64,000 bases of DNA from Catajapyx aquilonaris. Lineage: Eukaryota. Made by a program: the position numbers and the translations under genes. The stretch lies in the NCBI GenBank assembly GCA_000934665.2, contig KZ538453.1:1-64000 (forward strand), written 5' to 3'. The notes below the pieces were generated by a model. That model did not search any database. It was not told the origin of the DNA and worked only from the letters and a program-made list of their open reading frames with translations. Positions 1-13,600 of the stretch are shown one piece after another. Numbering within the stretch: the stretch's first letter is position 1; each line of letters begins with the position of its first letter.

Positions 1-552
1 AGTGGGTCAAATATATCAGTAGTTATAGGATGAGGCACATGGTTAGAGGCACAACAAGCTACGAAAAAACAACTGCTATCAGACAATATCAGTTATCAAA
101 AAGTGACCCACGAATCTGGGTCACCCTGTATTACTTGTTCTGGATATATCACTTATCACACAACTGGACCTGTACAAGCTCTATGGTGTATCTCTCACCC
201 ACCCTTCAAGTTGAGATGACAAACACAAGAGTAAAACTATTGTTGTCAATATTTTTACTGACATAGATCTGAGCTAAATTCTAAACAACATGGTATACTG
301 TCTAGACTAGTGGTGTTAATCAATGTTAGTCTGTATCTTAGTATTGCTAAGTGATCCCCTACACGGCTCACCTCCCTTGACCATATGCATTCGCTCTTAT
401 GGCATGAGAATTAATAAAACCCAAGGGAAACACCCTTTAATTCAATGCAAGAGAAGGTATTCATGGAAACGGAAGGTATAACAATAACACCTGCAACATT
501 CCTACTGTCAATTTTGACAACTGATATCCCCAAACATTTGTTTGCCACTTAC

Positions 553-3500
553 TTGTTTGGCATACGTGCAGCGATGGGATCAGGAACAAACCCACAGCTC
601 TTGGCACGGTTGACAAATCTGTCCAGCAGCGAGTATGCCGCAGGAACATCCAGGCAGATGTCCGGCATGTCATCGTAGATCCGTATGAAGCCTCTCCCCA
701 TCTGGTCAGGAGTGATGACAATGCTGGCGTACAGGTACTTGAGCAGCCTGCAGATGGCCTCCTCTGTCTTGTCACTCATGGACTCCAAGACCATGACCAC
801 TGCCTCATAGACAAGCTCATGATGGAAATGGGGCACCTCCAGCTCCTGCAGGCACCTGGCTGCCTCCTGCAGGTCTCCGCTAGACAGGTACTCCTCCAAC
901 AGCAGGCCCATCTTTTTAATCAGGTACTTGACTGGGCGGGTCCCCCCACCCACACCCCACACATTGTCCAAGCGGACCATCCCATGCTTCATGGTCAATA
1001 GGGTATCTGCACGGTGCAAGGCTTGCCTGAGAAAGAGTGGCAGAAGTTTGGTTATTATGGTTCCGAGTTTGTATTGCAATGGTCACATAAGCTTCAGAAC
1101 AATAATGTCTCTCATCAAAAAACTATGCAATATTCCATCACGACTGGACTTGGCTTCCTGGCCATCAAAAAAGTTGTTACTTAAGAGATACTGTAGACTG
1201 ATTGTAGTTTCTCTCCTTCATTGACCCCAAAATTGTACAAATGGGAAGGAAAAACTCAGGTCTGAGATAAACTCTGATTCTTTCTACAAGTGAATTCCAC
1301 CTTTACTGTCATCATTCCATTGTATCGCCCTTGAAAGCTCCATTCAAGATTTCACAAGTGATGGGACAATCAGAATGACAGGCCTCTTAAGCCATAATTA
1401 CAGGAGCAATAACTCCAGCGAATAATTGCAAAATTCTCAGTTGGGTTAAAAGGACTCTTACTGACCTGGCCTGCTCACACTCCACCTTCCCGGTGTAGCT
1501 GTGCACAAACTTTGGTGGTAAGCAGTCATCAGCCACAGCCCTGGCAATGAAATTCCCAACAATAGTTGGGGCCTCAGGAGTGTCCAAGATGAGGTCAGGA
1601 AGGTTTTTCAGCAACAGGTCAAAGCCTGTAACAGTAAGTAATGTCAGCACATGAAACGATTCTCCAAGCCCACAAACTTGTTACCTTTAGCAATGTCCTT
1701 TGCCGAAAGGATCCTGCAGTACAGATCAGAGATGAGAACGGAGGTCATCTCCCTGTGGGATGGCTTGTGATCCAGCCCAATCTCCACGCTCACTTGAGGG
1801 ATCTGCAGAAAATTGATGGTGTCATCCAAAGTGGAAATGCTTCACTTGTGCATTACGATAAGCCAGACTTACTGTATATTACAAGGCAGTGAAGTAGAGT
1901 TTTCCCAAAAGGTTTTCGCAAAAGGTAAAACTTTGCAAAGGAACACATGACATTCCATGACAAAACATCAATGGTGCTGGCCTGACACCAACTATCAATG
2001 AAAAAATCATGTGAGGCTGCACCCTTCATGATTGTCAAAATTCAGCCTTTCAATTATGTCAACACATTACGACAGATTGCCATTCAAAATGCACATTTTA
2101 AAATCAAGATTTAAAAAATAATAATCTGAAATTTAACAATCATTTTGTAGTCACACATTTTTCTTTCTTGGTTGCATCCTCAGTGTTGAATATGTTTTGG
2201 CATGGAATGACTTAACAATTATATGTATGACTTGGATTGATGATCTGAGCATGTGGCATCAACTTCTTTCTCATCACTGTAGATATAACTCAAAGAGGAA
2301 AGCAGTGAAAACAAGGTCAGTCTCTTGGGACACTTACCATGTACCTCCTGGTTCCAAAGTTCATCTCTTCCAGAAGGCCAGCAACTTCCTCACAATCCCC
2401 ATGTTCAAAATACTCCAAAATGACTGGCTCCAACTGACCCTGAAAAATGTCAAGTAGTGTTAGCAAGACACACAACTTGAGACTAGTTGGCAGTGGTTGG
2501 GATCAGCACAACTTCCTCACTCTTAGCAGTCTCTCATTACGCACATTACCGGCCTATTCCAATACATTCAAGTATACTCACTCGGAGGTCTTCCTCAGCC
2601 AGTTCGGGTACCACAACCTTCAGCTCGATGTCCCCATTGTCCAGCGAATCGCTGTCATAGTTGGGATCATTGACATCCACAGGGGCTCCCAGGATCTCTG
2701 AACCTGGTGGTCCCCACACACCTTTCCCACCAGCACCACCTAGAAATTAAATAAAAGAAAACATTGAAACCAAATATTCCTACCTTAGGTTTGAATGGTT
2801 TGAATAATAGTAAATTCAGCCCTCATAAAATATTATACTTGAATAATAACGAAACCAAAACCAGAAAGTTTACCAAGGCTTATTTTCTAATCCCCCCATT
2901 TACTCCTATTCCCCACCCCCTGCAACAAATGTGAGCAAGACCGGTTCCTCATGAAAACAATGCTATCAATATAAATAACCAGAACTTCTCCAGGCTATGC
3001 TTCCCCTGCCCAGTCGACTCCCACACACTATCTCAGAGGTGAATAGGTTAACTAAGTCCAAAACCATTTTTAAAAACAAGCTGTCATTTCCACCAGTGTG
3101 TTGTAGCCTACAGTCTAGTAATCTTCGCATATATGGAGTAGCTTTCAATTCGCTTCTGGTACTCCCTACATCGTTCTCCCAATTATATCAGTCCCAAACT
3201 AGTGCAGACATCAAATTCGCCAAACTTTCACGAAGGAAAACCTCATCAAATCCAACCTGCGCAGTACTTTTTACTTCCAATTCATATTCTCCTTATACAT
3301 AATGTCGCATCCATGCATAAAATCAACTCCGCAAATACGACGTCACGCCCCCAGCATGGCAATATGAATCCGCAAAGTCACCTCCAAAGTGACTTCCCCA
3401 TCATGAATTAACCCCTTTTGCGCCGTGATCGCATGCCCTCTGTACCCGTATGTAGTCACCCGATGCGGTAACGACTTACACGGCTTGACCTTGACCGTGA

Positions 3501-6500
3501 ACTGCTCTGACATCACGGGCTCCCTCCGCCGGTTGCTATGCCTCCCACCCACCCACCCACCCAAGCAACCAGGCTGCACGGGGATTCATTCAACGTCACA
3601 GTATATGTATATCGGCGCAGTATTTATAAACACATTTCAAAGTCGCCTATTTTAATTGCAGCTACTGATACACCCTTGCCATTTGCAGGGGCAATGTTTG
3701 CAATCATCCGCAATATCAGGGGATCGGGCGATTCGGGCCTCTGGGTGGGGTCCCTTTATCCGCCCGCCCACCCACCCGCCGAGGCTGCTACCCATCGCCC
3801 TTCACCAAGGTCAAGGGCAGCTCAGGGCGCGACGCCACTAATCGATACCATCACAAAGTGCGACGCTCCCGAAAAGCCGGCCCCTCTTCAAACCCAGGAA
3901 GACCCCCCTCTCCATTACACACCATGAACACGCAAACCCCCTGATGCATTATTTACATAAGCACATTCGGCCAACCCCGCAATACCCAAATTGCGTCTTT
4001 CGTATCGGGAGGCCACCGCCACCGTCTCCCCGAACCGGGGCCTCAAAATCGATTGTTGTATATAGGATGAGCCATGGCGATGCACACGAAACCGAACGCG
4101 CAATTTACTCCCCAGGTAAATGGACCCAACTGTTAGACCCGGCCAGTGGCACAGCTGCCATTTCTCGGTCAAGGTCTTCCATGATTATAATAACAAATAG
4201 AAAGCTGTTCCATTTTTACACACACACACACAGACAGGCCAGCTTGCAATTGCGGAAGACTCGCATAGCAACAATGTGACTCATGTATGTTGCCATCTGC
4301 ACAATTTGCACAAACTGCGTCTCAGCCGACCCCGGACAAAAGGTGTGCGCTCATGTTGCTGGAAAAGAATACCTCAAATGAGCTCCGGATGTTATTACAA
4401 GCATCATTCCTGGTAAGCCCCAAGGTGACATTGATGGCGAGTTGATATAACTGACGCTTGCGCTGCATGCGGAACCGGCCTCCCTTTCACTCAAATTTTC
4501 GCCGGTCTCTCGGCCGTGCCAAAATGCAACGTGGACGCTCCACTATTACGTCATTGCCCGAATGACACTAAAAAGTGCACGTTTCCCAATAATGACATGA
4601 ACGATCACTATAATATACCTTGACAGTTCATGTGCAATTTTGGCTGGGGGCTCTCCCAGACCGAGAGAGATTCCCGGAATTAGTAGGGCCTACCAGTAAT
4701 CCACCTGAAATCCCGTTTAATTCCAGTAATAGCCGGGTGCACAAGCACAAAGGTACGGCCCATTTGTTTGCCCACTTTCGCACTTTTGCAGCGAAACCAG
4801 AGTGAAGGGGAAAAAGCAATAAACAAACTCAATGCCGGCATGCATTGACGAGGAGAAGAAAAAACAATGCAGCGGAACATGGCCAACCACTTCGTACATA
4901 TATAATAGAATGTTGACTGTGTGCAAGTACATAAATAGCCTACAAATACATAACTTTCTACATTCAAACAATGCTAATCAAACATCACCCCATGTAAACA
5001 CTGATGCAACCATTGAACGAGTGTCGCAAGCAGTTACGACATGTTATTCTACGCCTGTTTAGAAACATCCCCAGGCTCTCCGAATAAAAAGCCTACGGTA
5101 TCTGCACTTCCTGAAGCGATTGCAGCTCATTTCCCCAGCATCCCCAGCATCAACATCGCGTGGGTTGGAAAAACTGAAAAGGCTGCCTGGAATAAATAGA
5201 GCTGGTGGTGAACCCGACCTGGGATAATCCAACTCGGAAGGGGGCAGGGTAGGAGGGGCAGGTACAAACTAGTAGTAGGCCAGCAGTCTGAAGAAAGAAA
5301 ACAGGCCCTCCCTTTGCCTGCCTCACTGCCTGGTTCACCAAAAGGGGGGTGGTGGGGTGACAGGAAGAAGCAGTGGGGGAGAGTCGTTTCGGAGCTCCCA
5401 GCAGCCTTGGCCAGGCCAGGGCTTCGAACTGGGAGCCTTGAAGCGAAGAATATTGGCTTCCATCCAACAGCGCATTTCGCTCGCCAACGCTACACACACA
5501 CAACTCTCTCTAGCTGGGCTTCCAGATATGGAAACGTACACGGCAGTCTATATGGCTTATTGCACGTTAATGGCCGGCGGAGGAAATCTTTTACCTTGGC
5601 CTGAATAATCCGCCGGGTATGACCACCTTTATCTCGTGATGGGAGTGCAACTTAGTTTACAATAGCTGATTGGGGACTATTCAGCTGTTGTATAAATCAT
5701 GCTTAAAAGGGCGTTTATGCATGCTGGAACATATTAATGCCCCAATTCCTGCAGCTACAGTTCCAGTTCGGTTACCAATATTACAAGTTTTTTTTTTTTT
5801 TTTTACGGTCCTCTAGCCGGCTTTATGGGATGTTTGCATTCACTTCCACCGGGGGTGTTCGAGGCTGCTAAAGTCACCGCCCTCCGTGGTTTGCGGATCT
5901 GCAAGCTATGACGTCATCCCAGGTCAGTACCACTATTGCCGGAAAGCTGAGTTGGAATTGTTCGAATCACAACCCCAAATATAGCTCACAATTACGGATG
6001 CAGCGACCTTCCACAACTGCAATCGGTATAATCGTCGCAGGCAACATACCCCCGGACCGTAATCAGATTAGCCGTTTCTATTTGCGGAAACCCCACTTTT
6101 TATTTTGTTCCTCCTGACATTTCAACCTCTAGGAGGCTTCGAAAGGGTAGCTGCCGGTTCGCAATTATCTAGCCGCAAGCCCTGCGGAAACAAAACACAG
6201 CATAAATGCATACACCGAGGTCGCCTTGGCGCCACGCTCGGTTGCTTATCACCAAGCCTGGAATAAAAAAACAACCGAACTTCCTACAAGCCGCAATTTA
6301 CAATCGAGATCTTGGGCGGAGTGGGCTTCCTAAAAAATCATTGTTTCCCTGTTGGGGTCATCAGTCAGCCACACCCTCGTGACCGGCGTACGACCTCTAT
6401 TCTGGGGATGGATGGATGACCCACTTCCGGGTTGGTTCTTTCCAAGTTGCCCCCCTTTGTGTGCGACTGCCTTAGATGGATCGCACCATTCGGTTCACAA

Positions 6501-9500
6501 CCTACCCAACCTGCATCTCTCAGAAAAACCCGCCCACCCTTCAGCTTCAGAACACAATGCACCTTCTTGCACCGCTCCCTTGGCTGCTTCCTGCAACAAC
6601 CCATGGGAAGAAAAAGGGAGCCACTATAACGACGGGCCCTGGGCCAAAACAAGGACATTGTTCTCCGTATGTTCCAAAAGTCCTGCACAGGTCAACGGAG
6701 TCAAAGTGTGCCGAGCATTATGACATGCCCAATTGTTCCAACAAGACCGGTGCAACAATGCGGCGTGATGAATAGTTTCGAATAAAAGGGGGTCCTACGT
6801 GAACGACCCCAAACGGGATGCATATTGACAAAATAGTGCCGCAGTGCGCCTCGCAGGTGAATGACACCCCCCAAAAAGCGGGTATCACCTTGAACCGCGA
6901 TCGAAAAGCGGTATTTGCACTTCTGACTAGGAAATGAAGCCGCGTCCTTCAACCAACTTGCGGCAGGTCAGTCACCATCGATCAATGCATAATGGAAGAA
7001 AAATGGTGATGTCACTTCTCATCCGTCATCACGGAAAGCCTTGGCACCAAGGCCGATTAGCCTACTGCGGTAAGTAAACACACATCGCCAACAATGGTAT
7101 GACCCCCCCCAGTTCATTGTAGTGGCGCAATGTGGAGTTCAATCCCCTCTCGTTGATCGATCATGTCCCCATTTTCTCAGTGGGGAAAGGCGCCTGCGCC
7201 CCCTCCCTCTTTCCCTACTCCCCCACTTCCCCAGTCCCCCNCCCCCCCCAATACCCTCCCAAAAAATAAAAGTCACTGCCCTCGGAAGAGGACATACCCT
7301 CATTTGACCAACAATTACAGAATATGTACCAAAGCGCCCAACAACCAGCAACCAGGTTTGGTTTTGCCTTACAAGTAGGACAAGTCCCTTCAGGCGGAAC
7401 GGGCCATGAGGTAATCACCACCATGCATAAAAATGGGCGGCACAGGAGGAGCCCCCGGGGCCGAACACCACACAAAAAAAATAGACAACACACGACAATT
7501 TAATGGGCAAAAAATGGCGGCCATTTCTGGTTGCTGGCTTCTGCACGTGGTTGGCGGGGCCCAGGGTATACAGTGCAAGAATGTAACTACAGCGACCGGT
7601 GTTGCCAGTTGGACCGAGGTTATTTCAGTGCGTGCGCGACTTTATATGTGCATGTAAACAACGGGGGAATGACATAAGTGAAGGGCATCACCTGATGTTT
7701 TTTAGCCGGAAAGCGGAAAAGATATCACTGGGTATCTCAGGTTACACAATGCGTAGTGCGTACCACCGAAGCAGGGTTGCCATTTTATCTGCTCTATTGT
7801 CCGGTCCAAATATGAGTCGACGTAAATTCTGCACTATTGTCTTCCCGATGTCCTGCTTGCCAGTCACTATTTTTCGGATGACCTTTGACAGAAGGCTTTT
7901 GACCTCTTCGCCGCATAAAGATTACATTTGCGGGCTTCCTGCCAGGGAATGCCGGGTGTTTTGCATGTGAAAGATCGGAGCCGAAATCGGTTTACGTCCC
8001 ACTTGGTAACAGGATTACACTCTTGCTCTTGTCAGAGACGAAATCTGCTATTTATAGTCATTTCACCTTGTTCAGAAGGTTGTGCCTTTCTGGAAATTTG
8101 TGAGTGGGAGCATGGCAGTAAGTAGCAAGCCTATATATTTCCTCCCTATTTGCGAAACAAGCGCACTTTTCCTAATATACGTCAATACTGGCTTGGCTCA
8201 TATTGCGGGGAACACCTGATCTATACCGGACTCTATACCGGACTTACGTAATATCCGGAGTCGATACTACATTAAATTTGCACGACATCCGTAATCTGAT
8301 GAGAGAAAGAAATTCGCACCGTGACACTCAATAAATGACGCCAGAAGTTCGTAACTAAGAGCAACAACAAAAGATCACAATTCCACATTGACTGAACTAT
8401 AGCCTTAGATACGTCAATACTGCAAAAAAAAAAATGGCACCGAGATACAACATGAGCGAGTATTTTTTGATCAATTCGCTCCTCTTGGCTGCAGGGTTAT
8501 CTGGATATTGAACAATCTTGTGACAACTGCCTGGCCAGTATTGACAATTTCAAACCTTGGCATGCACAATCTCCTTTTAAAGACATAATGATAGCAGTTA
8601 TCAACTGCGCCAGCCCTCTTGTAATAATCGTCCCTTCACGATTGACCTGCACATGCCAACACACCCTTACTCATTGTCTTCATCCACACCCAGATCAACA
8701 ATGCACTCAAGGCCATGGCGGTAATGCTAATATTATGAACAATGATTTACCCAGAAGTTTTTAAATATTGTACTACAACACCACTGCTCCTGCTGCATAA
8801 TGTAAATCCAATTGAATGATAATAGCATTTTTCACACTTCTGCTTGCACAGTCTCCTAAATTCTCAGGCAAGCAAGATTGCAATACAGTGTGTTCCCCAA
8901 AGGCAAACTATCCTAATGATTTATAGTCCTAGCTGTACAGTATAAATCCTGAAGCACTTACACTGACATGACCTAACATTTGAAAGTTGCAACATTCAAG
9001 TCTGAGAAAGTGATATATTGGTTCTCTTCTTCCCCTAGCAACAACTCAGACTAAGAGATGAACCCTGCTCTTTCTCACACTCATTTACTTGACCTTACCT
9101 GATAAGAGGCTAAGCGAAAACATACTTGCTCAAAAGGATAGCATGATTAGTATCGGATGGTAAGAGTAATATCTTCCATGGTCGTTATGGCAACAAAACT
9201 TCCCTAGAAAAATTATCTCGGAGAGCATGCAGAGCTCTCTATCTCTAAGTGTCAGTGCAAGTTTAATAAATAAATATTAGGATAAAAATAAATCTCGGAA
9301 TACACACATTAAAAACATGCAAAAGAAACAGTGCCTTACCTTTCTTGGGCAGACCCCTCCCATATCGACTCCTGGACCTGCGACAATTCTTGAGCAGACG
9401 TGGCGGCTGCACCACGTTGTTCCCATTGACCATCACCTCCTTCCCATCCTTGGAAGACCGACTCAGCTGGCGGGCCAGCAACAAACGGCGAGCCTTCTTC

Positions 9501-9721
9501 TTTACCCTTTCGTTGGCCCCAACACCCCCTTCACCATTAATAGCCCCTGGTACACTACCAGAAGCAGCTCCTTCCTCTGCCCCTGGGCTGCCCGATCCAT
9601 GAGAAGAGTCCCCATTCTCAATATCCTCATCCAGGATCTCATCATGGTCCAGACCATTGCTTTCCAGATGGTTGTCGAGGGAATGGATCCCATTCTGCTG
9701 CACCACTTGCATCGCCATCAT
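553..9721 (-). CDS. PDCD4: Programmed cell death protein 4 (two MA3 domains); 3'-partial, last exon apparently left of the window
   Basis: Frame-consistent GT-AG exons 9721-9340, 2739-2582, 2439-2338, 1802-1685, 1625-1466, 1026-553. Hallmark peptides: [120 protein letters not shown]. The exon ends in AA|gtaagt at 553, and I found no terminal exon in 1-552. Confidence 0.96.
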
Positions 9722-10232
9722 GGCTCAGTCAGATATAGCGACTAGGCAATTTACCTTCTCTGCCCCTGACAATACAAACAAGTATGCACATTAATAATTA
9801 TTCTACCAGTTGTGCGGCATGTAATCACTTGTATTTTCCCCATTTTTTTACTGTTTAGGTAATGTATTCCATGCAGCAATATTAACACCTGTCAATGTTG
9901 ATTTCAATTGAACTGCCTTTGTGGCTCTACATATTTGGCATTGCCTCTCTACAATAACCCATATGTTTTTTAAAAAATCCTCTCTTTGACCACCATTTCT
10001 GTGCAACAGCTGTTGGACCACCGCCTAGCAACACGGATGGTCCATGCAACCCGGCTTGCCTAATTAAATCCCCGGCGTCGGTTGACACCACCCCCTCCAC
10101 CTCCCAACAACACTGTCACACACCCTTCCATCATCATCTGGCAGCGACGCCCCTACCCACAACAAAGGAGAAAGAAAAAAAAATCACCCTCTCCCCATCC
10201 CACCCTCCAAAAAAAACATAGCCCTCACCTAC

Positions 10233-10665
10233 CTCTCTCTACCACAATACTGTCGAAGATTCCGCTGGTCTCTTGATTTAAAAAATAGGTAAGCCGAGCC
10301 AGCCAAAAAGGAGGGGAAGGAGTAGGACTATAAGCGTAATGAAAAAAAGGTACAGGACTCTCTCTCTACCACTCACACATGTGCCCCTTCCGCACACTCA
10401 CACACGCACACACACAGCCTTGTTGTTGTTGATGTCTCACGCGCACATAGCACGCGCTTTGGTTTCTGGGGGGGACCTGGGGGGGAGGGAAGGACCGGTT
10501 GTTGTTGTTGGTTATTTGTTGTTTTTTTAGGGGGGGAGTGTGATTGGGGGGTGAGAGGGACAGAAAGAGAGAGAGAGGAGCCAAACTTATAACCAGCTGA
10601 CTCGGGAGACTCGGCGTTTTTGGATTCTCGACCCCGATCCGGCCAGTTTTGTTGGGGTCACGTGA
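10233..10665 (-). promoter_or_regulatory. Probable PDCD4 non-coding first exon and promoter
   Basis: Minus-strand donor GAG|gtaggt at 10233/10232 could join the acceptor at 9765 upstream of the ATG. Pyrimidine tract CTCCTCTCTCTCTTTCTGTCCCTCTC at about 10555-10580 (- strand). E-box GTCACGTGAT at about 10657. GC/CpG-rich. Confidence 0.5.
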
Positions 10666-13600
10666 TGCCGGGCACCCCCCACATGCCTACCCCTCCCACC
10701 CCTGCCACCTCGACACTCCCATTGGTCGCACATCGCATGCGCGGACAGGGTTGCCAGAATTGGGGCCGGATTAGGGAGAGAGAGATGGAGGGGGGGAAAA
10801 AAAGATGGAGGGTTTCAATAAATATCAAGGAGGAAATGGGCCGAAAAGGGAACTTGGTGCGCTGTTCTAATGCGCACTTTGGGAGAAAGGGTCGACGGGA
10901 TCGGGTGCACGTACGCACTCACGATATTGAATCGTTACCCTGCAAACTGCCCCATTTTCGCACTGAAAAAATCACGGTCGTCCACATTTTATAGTTGGGG
11001 CATGTCACGGAATGAATAGTAGACTACTATTTAATTCCATGTTGCTCCGGTGTAGACTACTAAGTAGACTACACAGGAGCAACATAATTCAGATATTTAC
11101 AGGGCTATTTTTATCTTGTAATGTGCTTACGACCTTGTGGTTTATGTAGCAATAATTGCAAGGGGTTGACATGCACATACTGTAACAAGGAAATTATTTA
11201 CGGGTTCATAGTACGGGTTCTGAGGTTCCGGCAGAGGCCCTTTGTTTTCCAGAGTTATTTCTGTGCAGTGCATATGCTCGTACTTCATACATTATGGAAC
11301 AATTTGCGGGCTTTAATCCCTGCTTGTTCCAGATAATCAACGTGGCTGTACTGAGAGATATAAAATTTATGACAATTGTTGCTCTACTGCTTGAATAATG
11401 TTTATCAGCCAATTTCCAACTCATGCTCAGTACTTTTGTAGCAGTGCGCAGTGGAGGTGTAATCTTAAGATAATTATTCAAAGACAAACCCTTATCTAGG
11501 CGTTATACTCTGCGCGCACGTACAGTACAGTCAACTCCAACCTTGAGCTACATTTAATTGCTTCGTTGTTTTGCCTGAATGTTCCCAGTCAATGAGCTTG
11601 TTCGCCCGAGTGAAACTGAAACTAGTCATTATCACACACCTCGTCTCATACGACCATGTAAGCAAATTACACTGCTCTTGATAATGCTTAGTAGCCTACA
11701 GTTCACTGCACTTCATAAAGGGTCAGGGTGCATTAGAAAACAGGCGTCAAATTTTTCTAAATGCTTCATCATTCTTGGTCAGACTCGGTGTAGCCTACAC
11801 ACTGTACGAATGTACGTAGTTATCTCATATTTGTTCGAAGTCTACATGAAGTCAAGGAAGTCTGGACATCGGCTGTCGTCAATAATCCGCGCAGTTACAA
11901 CCATGTTTATCATATCGGTGCACTTCCTAGTGTACGTGATTGCTTACGAAGCATCATTTCTGTAACATACGCACTTTCAACATGTGCGACGTAGTACTTA
12001 CGCGACGTGGAAGTCTCAATACAATGCGCAGTGAGCAGTTACGTATTACTGTTGATTCAGTACATTACACGAATCACCTGATGCGAACATAAATTTCATA
12101 ACAGTTGTTGCAACCAACAACAGCGTACAGATTGACAATAACTATAGAAGCAACGCAATTTCATGACGATTATAATCATGCGTGTAATAATCTGCCATAA
12201 GTATGCAACCGACTGGGACCCAACATGTAACCCTCTCAGCACAGTCATCCGCAACGACGCATGGAATTGCCCTTATCTCATCTTAATTCTGGTTATGACA
12301 GATAATGGGACTAGAGTGTTATAATCAGCCGCAAAATAGGAAGGACTTGAATGCTACCACGCAAGGTTGCCACCTCACCCCTCTGCACCTGCGCACAAAA
12401 AAATTACTTCCCTACCCTTTCTTTTTCTTTCTTTTGAACCTGTTTGGTGTCAAGGCAGCAGCACCGGCAACGCCGTATAATCATACGAGTTCTGAAGCAC
12501 GTAAGCAGGAACCGCCTCTACCAGACACAGTTGCCGTCTTGCCAGACCACCTGTCGCGACCAGATTCGCGCAGACCGAAGCCATCTTGCGACCAGGAATT
12601 GGAAACACTCGAGTTGTACTTTAGAGTCGGAAGGTGTCGCCTTGCAGCAGAATGGAAATTGAGACCTTGCTGATGGCAGAGCCCTCTAGCGGCATAGTTG
12701 GTACTATGTGTACATTGAAGCGGGATTAATAAATGATATCAGAAAAAAATTGAGGCAGGATTCATTATTCGCGTTGCTCATTATGTGGAGATTAGCAGGA
12801 ATGGGGAATTGCGTTATGTTCCAATAAGTGCTCGCATGTCCGGCAGTTGGATTCGTTATAATTTGGATGGTATTATCATATTATCCGCACTTTGCGTTGC
12901 ACTGAGCGGTTGGGGTTGTCGGAGTGGAGTTAAATATTGTTGGTTGATAATTGCCATAGAGGAACGTGATTTTATTGCTTATTAAGTTTCAAAATATCAA
13001 ATTGCAATACCGTGTGACAATGAAGTGGCGTGAAGTTACGTTATTCTACCGAATATGGAGGGTTGCAAGTGGGAGGGAGATCGATATCGTTTTCATTTGA
13101 TGGAAAACCTCAATGCTCGTCCATATCTATCTCTTTCTCTCTGCCTTCCTTCCACACTGCGTATGTAATATACCAAAGAACATTCGAAGGTAGTTGACAT
13201 GCTCTGAACTTTGTGAAGAGTCGAATAACCTCATTAGGGCAAAATTTATGAGATTGTATACCATATCGAGATTTAATGCAGGAGAAGTCAAATTCTTTAA
13301 ACAGTCTTTGCGCCCAAACGGCCCTTATATGGCCTCAGTTATAGCCTATGACAAGGAGACTTGCGGATCCTCTTATGCCATGAGTCGACTCTATACGGAG
13401 AAATCTGCTGTAAATGCTATTAGAGCAGCCCCTGTGCTGAATCTGTCAAGAGATTTGCCATCATCAATGTTCTTACAGAATGTTTCTCTGCCCATGTTGA
13501 CGATCCGAGGAGGGGGAACGGGGATGATGAGAATTGATCAATTAGGTGCATTCCTGGTCTGTATTCGAACTCCTGTCCTGACTCGACGTAAAGTTTGCGT

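Noticed and set aside
549..552. TAA ending the PDCD4 ORF at MPNK
   Set aside because: It is part of the donor gtaagt; the protein should continue in an exon outside the window.
5405..5440. GGCTTCGAAC B-box-like motif suggesting a tRNA or Pol III RNA
   Set aside because: No A box at suitable spacing and no cloverleaf.
3343..8125. Many 60-130 aa ORFs on both strands in the PDCD4 intron
   Set aside because: No recognisable domains or coherent splice chain; expected in GC-rich DNA.
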